From NCBI GenBank assembly GCA_029856525.1, contig JAHQXC010000045.1, positions 1 to 10,756 of the forward strand: a DNA stretch of 10,756 bases, in the 5' to 3' direction. The translations under genes were made by a program, and so were the position numbers. Positions 7,465 to 10,756 of this stretch are shown here, one piece after another. Source of the DNA: Candidatus Odinarchaeia archaeon (GTDB taxonomy: Archaea > Asgardarchaeota > Odinarchaeia > Odinarchaeales > Odinarchaeaceae). The notes beneath the pieces are model-generated. The model did no database searches. It had not been told where the DNA came from and saw only the letters and a list, made by a program, of their open reading frames with translations. Numbering within the stretch: the stretch's first letter is position 1; each line of letters starts with the position of its first letter.

Positions 7465-7474
7465 TTTATAAAAA
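7465..7474. promoter_or_regulatory. Palindromic TATA box TTTATAAA between divergent genes
   Basis: TTTATAAA at 7465-7472 reads the same on both strands; 32 nt from ATG 7433 (-) and 65 nt from ATG 7537 (+). Confidence 0.5.
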
Positions 7475-7536
7475 TATAATAGAATACGGTGAAAAATAAA
7501 CCAGCTTGCGAATAACACTATTACAGGTAGAGTGAA

Positions 7537-8226
7537 ATGAATCGTTTGAAAAATATAGTAGACGAGTATATGAGCAAGGTTACAGGTTTAAAAGAACACT
7601 GTGAAAGATGTCTTAGAACAGAGCGGTGGGGTGGCAGCGTAGTTTTAATGATAGTCGACGCAGCTTTCACTTCAATAGGATTAAATTATTTTACAGCGGT
7701 AGTCCCTAAAGTAGAGTTGTTTAATAAAAGATTCGTCGAACCCGGGTTAATAAATAATTTAAGAGAGTTAGCTGCAGTCGATTACAATACTCTGAGAAAT
7801 ATCTGGGGTAACAGGAGATCCTGGGATGTGGCTAAAAAAATAGCAGGCTACCTTTCAACTTTAGACAGCGATGATAGAAAAGCGTTTAGAAGCTGGGCTG
7901 GTTCAACTACACTCGAGGATTGGCGAAGAAATCCTATAGGAGTCATAAAAGGAGTCGGATTAATCACATACCAGTATCTTAGAATGATGGGAGGAGTTGA
8001 CACGGTGATGCCTGATAAAATAGTTAAAAAAGTGATAAATAGAATACGAGTTGAAGCTGGTTTAAACCCGATAATAGATGATATAGAATTCGTTAAAAAA
8101 ACCGAGGAGCTCGCATATCAAACAGGCTACAGGCCGATAGAGTTATGCTGGATGACATGGCTTATACAATCTGAAGGGGAGAAAACTAGAATAGACAAGT
8201 ATGCTAATCTTCTAGCGAGAATATGA
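7537..8226 (+). CDS. Uncharacterised HhH-GPD superfamily (DNA glycosylase-like) protein
   Basis: Helix-hairpin-helix IKGVGLITYQYL (137-148) followed by G.D.VMPD with Asp160 at the catalytic-Asp position. N-terminal helix LMIVDAAFTSIG resembles the Nth LLIAVLLS helix. Pattern recognition only; no search run. Confidence 0.65.
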   Translation: MNRLKNIVDEYMSKVTGLKEHCERCLRTERWGGSVVLMIVDAAFTSIGLNYFTAVVPKVELFNKRFVEPGLINNLRELAAVDYNTLRNIWGNRRSWDVAKKIAGYLSTLDSDDRKAFRSWAGSTTLEDWRRNPIGVIKGVGLITYQYLRMMGGVDTVMPDKIVKKVINRIRVEAGLNPIIDDIEFVKKTEELAYQTGYRPIELCWMTWLIQSEGEKTRIDKYANLLARI

Positions 8227-8233
8227 AAAATAG

Positions 8234-8253
8234 TTTTTTAAAAAAAAATAAAA
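8234..8253. terminator. Back-to-back oligo-T terminators between convergent genes
   Basis: T6 at 8234-8239 on + follows the TGA at 8224-8226. The A-tract at 8240-8253 is a T-tract on - following the permease stop at 8266. Confidence 0.6.
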
Positions 8254-8265
8254 GGAGAAGTAAGT

Positions 8266-9957
8266 TTAGTCGGGCGGGATCTCTTTAAATCTTAAATCCA
8301 TCGGCACGCCTTTACGCTTGTTAATGAAGTACGCTGCATAGTAGAGTATGAACGGTATGATTACGAAGAATGCTACTGTACCCACTATCTGCTCCATGCC
8401 ACCTCCGCCGCCTATTAAAGCAGCTACAGGCGGGGCTAAAGCAGAGTAGGCACCCCAAGCTGCAACACCGAGAGTTACAACGCCTAGAATTGAAATAGCT
8501 GGTATACCTCCTATCCGTTTCTGAACGACACCCGGTGATTTCTCGAAGATATCTCTTCTCCTCCACGGGAATACGATACCTGCTATGCCGAATACACACC
8601 AGCCGATCATCCAGATAGCGATCGTGTGTATAATATATGCTAGCCATGTAGTCCAAGTGTTAATCGTGAATATAATCCATGCTATTGCACCGCCTAAAAT
8701 CACTGAGTTCACAGGTGAACCGCGTCTATTCACCTGGTTAACCCATTTCGGTAGAATACCGTCAAAAGACCATGCGAACAGGTTTCTCACAGGACCGAAC
8801 GCGAGAGTCAGCATACCGCCGAAGTCGATAACCGCGAAGTGTATCGTGCTTATCCCTGTTAGAATCGGGTTAGCTGTAGTGAATATAACGTTATAGGTAG
8901 CTAACGGCAGTTTATAAGCTATGTCGAAGCCGAAGTAGTATGCAAGCCAGTCACCTGTAACACTGCCAGGGCACGGTATACCTGCAGCGTTAGCTTGATC
9001 CATCATAGCGATAGCCTGATACCATACTGAGCCGAATCCAGCGTATTGGAAGAATGTGAAGATCTCCCAGTATACTACGAAAAGCGCTAATGAGCCTAGT
9101 TGAGCCAGCGTCTGAGCTGCTTTAACCTCTTTTATTTCACCGGCTATGTTAGCGGTGAAAGTTGAACCGAGCGTGCTAAGATTCAGATATGTAGCACCAG
9201 CCATAAGAGTCGGTAGAAGATATGTAGCACCGTTCGGGAATGTTTGACCAAGCGCGGTTGCCGCGCTTACAGCACCGTTTATAATATCAGTGTATGAGTG
9301 CCCTGTGTATAGTAGAATATTATTCTGCACGGTCGCTGACATCGGGCCGCCGGCCATTAAAGCAGCGATACCGTAGACGGCTAAACCGATAAAGTTCCAT
9401 ATGAAGATAATCCATGTGAACTTTATAACTGTTCGTGTACCCCTAGCCATGATAAAGTAGCAGACGATTAACGCTAATGTTCCTATAATCCATGCTTCGA
9501 TTGTACTAGGCTGGTTAAGATATAAGCCTAAGTCTCTTAGCGCTGTGTTACCTGAAAGAAGACCCTGCGCTAGTAGAGTGTCACCGAAACCCCAGTTAAT
9601 CAACCATGTGGTAAGGCAACCGGACCAGTTTAAACCTACAATAGTCAACGTCCAACAGGCGAATAAACCCCAGGCAGGTGATATAACCCTGCTTACATAA
9701 ATGTATTCACCGCCGGATCTAGGCATGCTGATCGAGAACATCACGTATAAGCCTGCGATAGGCATCAGTGATAGAATCCACAGCGAAGCTATGTAAACAT
9801 CAGCCCCCGGGTTGAATGTCTGACACCATATAATATAGTGAGCTGCGTAAGCTATGGTTGGAGCTACGAAAGAATAGGCCAGTGCATCCCACTTGCTTAT
9901 AACTCTTGTAAGACCTGAGGCTTTCCTAACGAATACAGTTTTAGCTTCCTCGCTCAT
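8266..9957 (-). CDS. APC-superfamily amino acid/amine permease of the archaeal FVR.ASGL.R type
   Basis: N-terminal FVRKASGLTRVIS..DA, MPRSGGEYIYVSR, AGEIK, RNLFAWSFDG.LP, C-terminal FKEIPPD; 12-14 hydrophobic segments; SD AGGGGA. Confidence 0.92.
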   Translation of the reverse strand: MSEEAKTVFVRKASGLTRVISKWDALAYSFVAPTIAYAAHYIIWCQTFNPGADVYIASLWILSLMPIAGLYVMFSISMPRSGGEYIYVSRVISPAWGLFACWTLTIVGLNWSGCLTTWLINWGFGDTLLAQGLLSGNTALRDLGLYLNQPSTIEAWIIGTLALIVCYFIMARGTRTVIKFTWIIFIWNFIGLAVYGIAALMAGGPMSATVQNNILLYTGHSYTDIINGAVSAATALGQTFPNGATYLLPTLMAGATYLNLSTLGSTFTANIAGEIKEVKAAQTLAQLGSLALFVVYWEIFTFFQYAGFGSVWYQAIAMMDQANAAGIPCPGSVTGDWLAYYFGFDIAYKLPLATYNVIFTTANPILTGISTIHFAVIDFGGMLTLAFGPVRNLFAWSFDGILPKWVNQVNRRGSPVNSVILGGAIAWIIFTINTWTTWLAYIIHTIAIWMIGWCVFGIAGIVFPWRRRDIFEKSPGVVQKRIGGIPAISILGVVTLGVAAWGAYSALAPPVAALIGGGGGMEQIVGTVAFFVIIPFILYYAAYFINKRKGVPMDLRFKEIPPD

Positions 9958-9966
9958 AACTTATCC

Positions 9967-10002
9967 CCTTTAAAATTCACCTGTCTAGATGAATTTTAAA
10001 GG
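9967..10002. repeat. Perfect 13-bp inverted repeat with 10-nt spacer
   Basis: CCTTTAAAATTCA (9967-9979) / cctgtctaga / TGAATTTTAAAGG (9990-10002). Confidence 0.95.
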
Positions 10003-10022
10003 TAGATTATTCAAACAAGTAG

Positions 10023-10040
10023 TATATAAAATTTAACTTG
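10023..10040 (-). promoter_or_regulatory. TATA box and upstream BRE region of the second APC permease
   Basis: TTTTATATA at 10031-10023 on the minus strand, predicting a TSS near 10000. Confidence 0.6.
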
Positions 10041-10078
10041 AGTAAAGTATATTAAGTATACTAAATTATAGCAGCCGG

Positions 10079-10669
10079 TTACTTGTAAGATAAGAGAGAT
10101 CTCACACCTAGAACAGATATGAAGAAAGCTGCAGGAAAAGCTGTAATAGCTTCAGGGATAGCTACACCACTCCAAACCGGTAAAGCCCATGCGACAACAC
10201 CTATTAAACCGAAAACAATACAGTACAAGCCAAGCCACCTACACTTCATCTCAAATAAGCAACCTGCACCGTAACTTAGAAAAGCGAATAAAACGAATAC
10301 GAAGAATAAAACTGAGAAAACAAAGTGGTGGGGAGAATAATCCTCTGTGAAAACACCTATACCTATAAGAGATATAGAAGCTAAAACTAGGAAGCCTGTT
10401 CCAACTCGGCCTCCTATACTGCTTCGAACAGATTTAAAATGGGATAACGCGAATATGAAAGCGAAAAAACCGCTTACAATCAAACCCTGGTTGAAGATTA
10501 AAGCCGCTGAAGATACGCCTAGATCGCTTAAAGCGTTAGAAATCCAGTTAAACCATGGGGAGACGCTGATCGCGATTAAAATAGATGTAACACTCCATAC
10601 ACCCGCTAAAACGCCGAGAATAGACGCCAGCTTAAAGAAAACGAGACTTCTACCAGTCAAATAATCCAC
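10079..10669 (-). CDS. DUF998 family integral membrane protein
   Basis: SPWFNWISNALSDLG, FN.GLI.SG, GIGVFTED...H...S.LFF; about 6 TM segments. Start is GTG 10669 or TTG 10660 (GGGGTG SD 6 nt upstream). Confidence 0.85.
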   Translation of the reverse strand: MDYLTGRSLVFFKLASILGVLAGVWSVTSILIAISVSPWFNWISNALSDLGVSSAALIFNQGLIVSGFFAFIFALSHFKSVRSSIGGRVGTGFLVLASISLIGIGVFTEDYSPHHFVFSVLFFVFVLFAFLSYGAGCLFEMKCRWLGLYCIVFGLIGVVAWALPVWSGVAIPEAITAFPAAFFISVLGVRSLLSYK

Positions 10670-10710
10670 CCCGATTATATTAGAGAATTATATTAAGAAA
10701 ATATTATAAA

Positions 10711-10720
10711 GATTACGCTG
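10711..10720 (-). promoter_or_regulatory. Candidate TATA box for the DUF998 gene
   Basis: TTTATAATAT on the minus strand about 45 nt upstream of the start. Confidence 0.4.
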
Positions 10721-10756
10721 AAAACCTGAAATATCAGGAAAACGGTTTAAACAATT

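Noticed and set aside
8321-8896. Short ORFs 8321-8656 (-) and 8585-8896 (+)
   Set aside because: Alternate-frame or antisense to the well-supported APC permease.
10347-10664. 105-aa + strand ORF
   Set aside because: Antisense shadow of the hydrophobic DUF998 gene.
1-10756. tRNA, rRNA, CRISPR arrays, transposases or terminal inverted repeats
   Set aside because: Intergenic gaps are short and AT-rich; no cloverleaf, regularly spaced repeats or mobile-element genes were seen.

Overview
Gene-dense prokaryotic window with archaeal signatures: a Sulfolobus Dpo4-type Y-family polymerase, BRE/TATA promoters, GGTG/GGAG Shine-Dalgarno motifs and oligo-T terminators. A TACK or Asgard archaeon is an inference only. 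Order: orphan helical protein (-), dinB/Dpo4 (+), then a long minus-strand run read right to left (MTH1187-family protein, RNase HI, mini-bacterioferritin-like protein, CoA-binding protein, APC permease, M1 aminopeptidase), an uncharacterised HhH-GPD glycosylase-like gene (+), a second APC permease (-) and a DUF998 membrane protein (-). I saw no rRNA, tRNA, CRISPR array or mobile element. Most unusual observations: (1) a local island (~4000-6670) where the coding strand is extremely G+T-rich, even at amino-acid level; (2) RNase HI whose catalytic N-terminus can only be reached from a non-canonical start, probably CTG; (3) an orphan HhH-GPD protein lacking the lyase lysine and the Fe-S motif; (4) a perfect 13-bp inverted repeat over the predicted transcription start and ribosome-binding site of the second permease. 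All counts were done by hand; no database searches were run.
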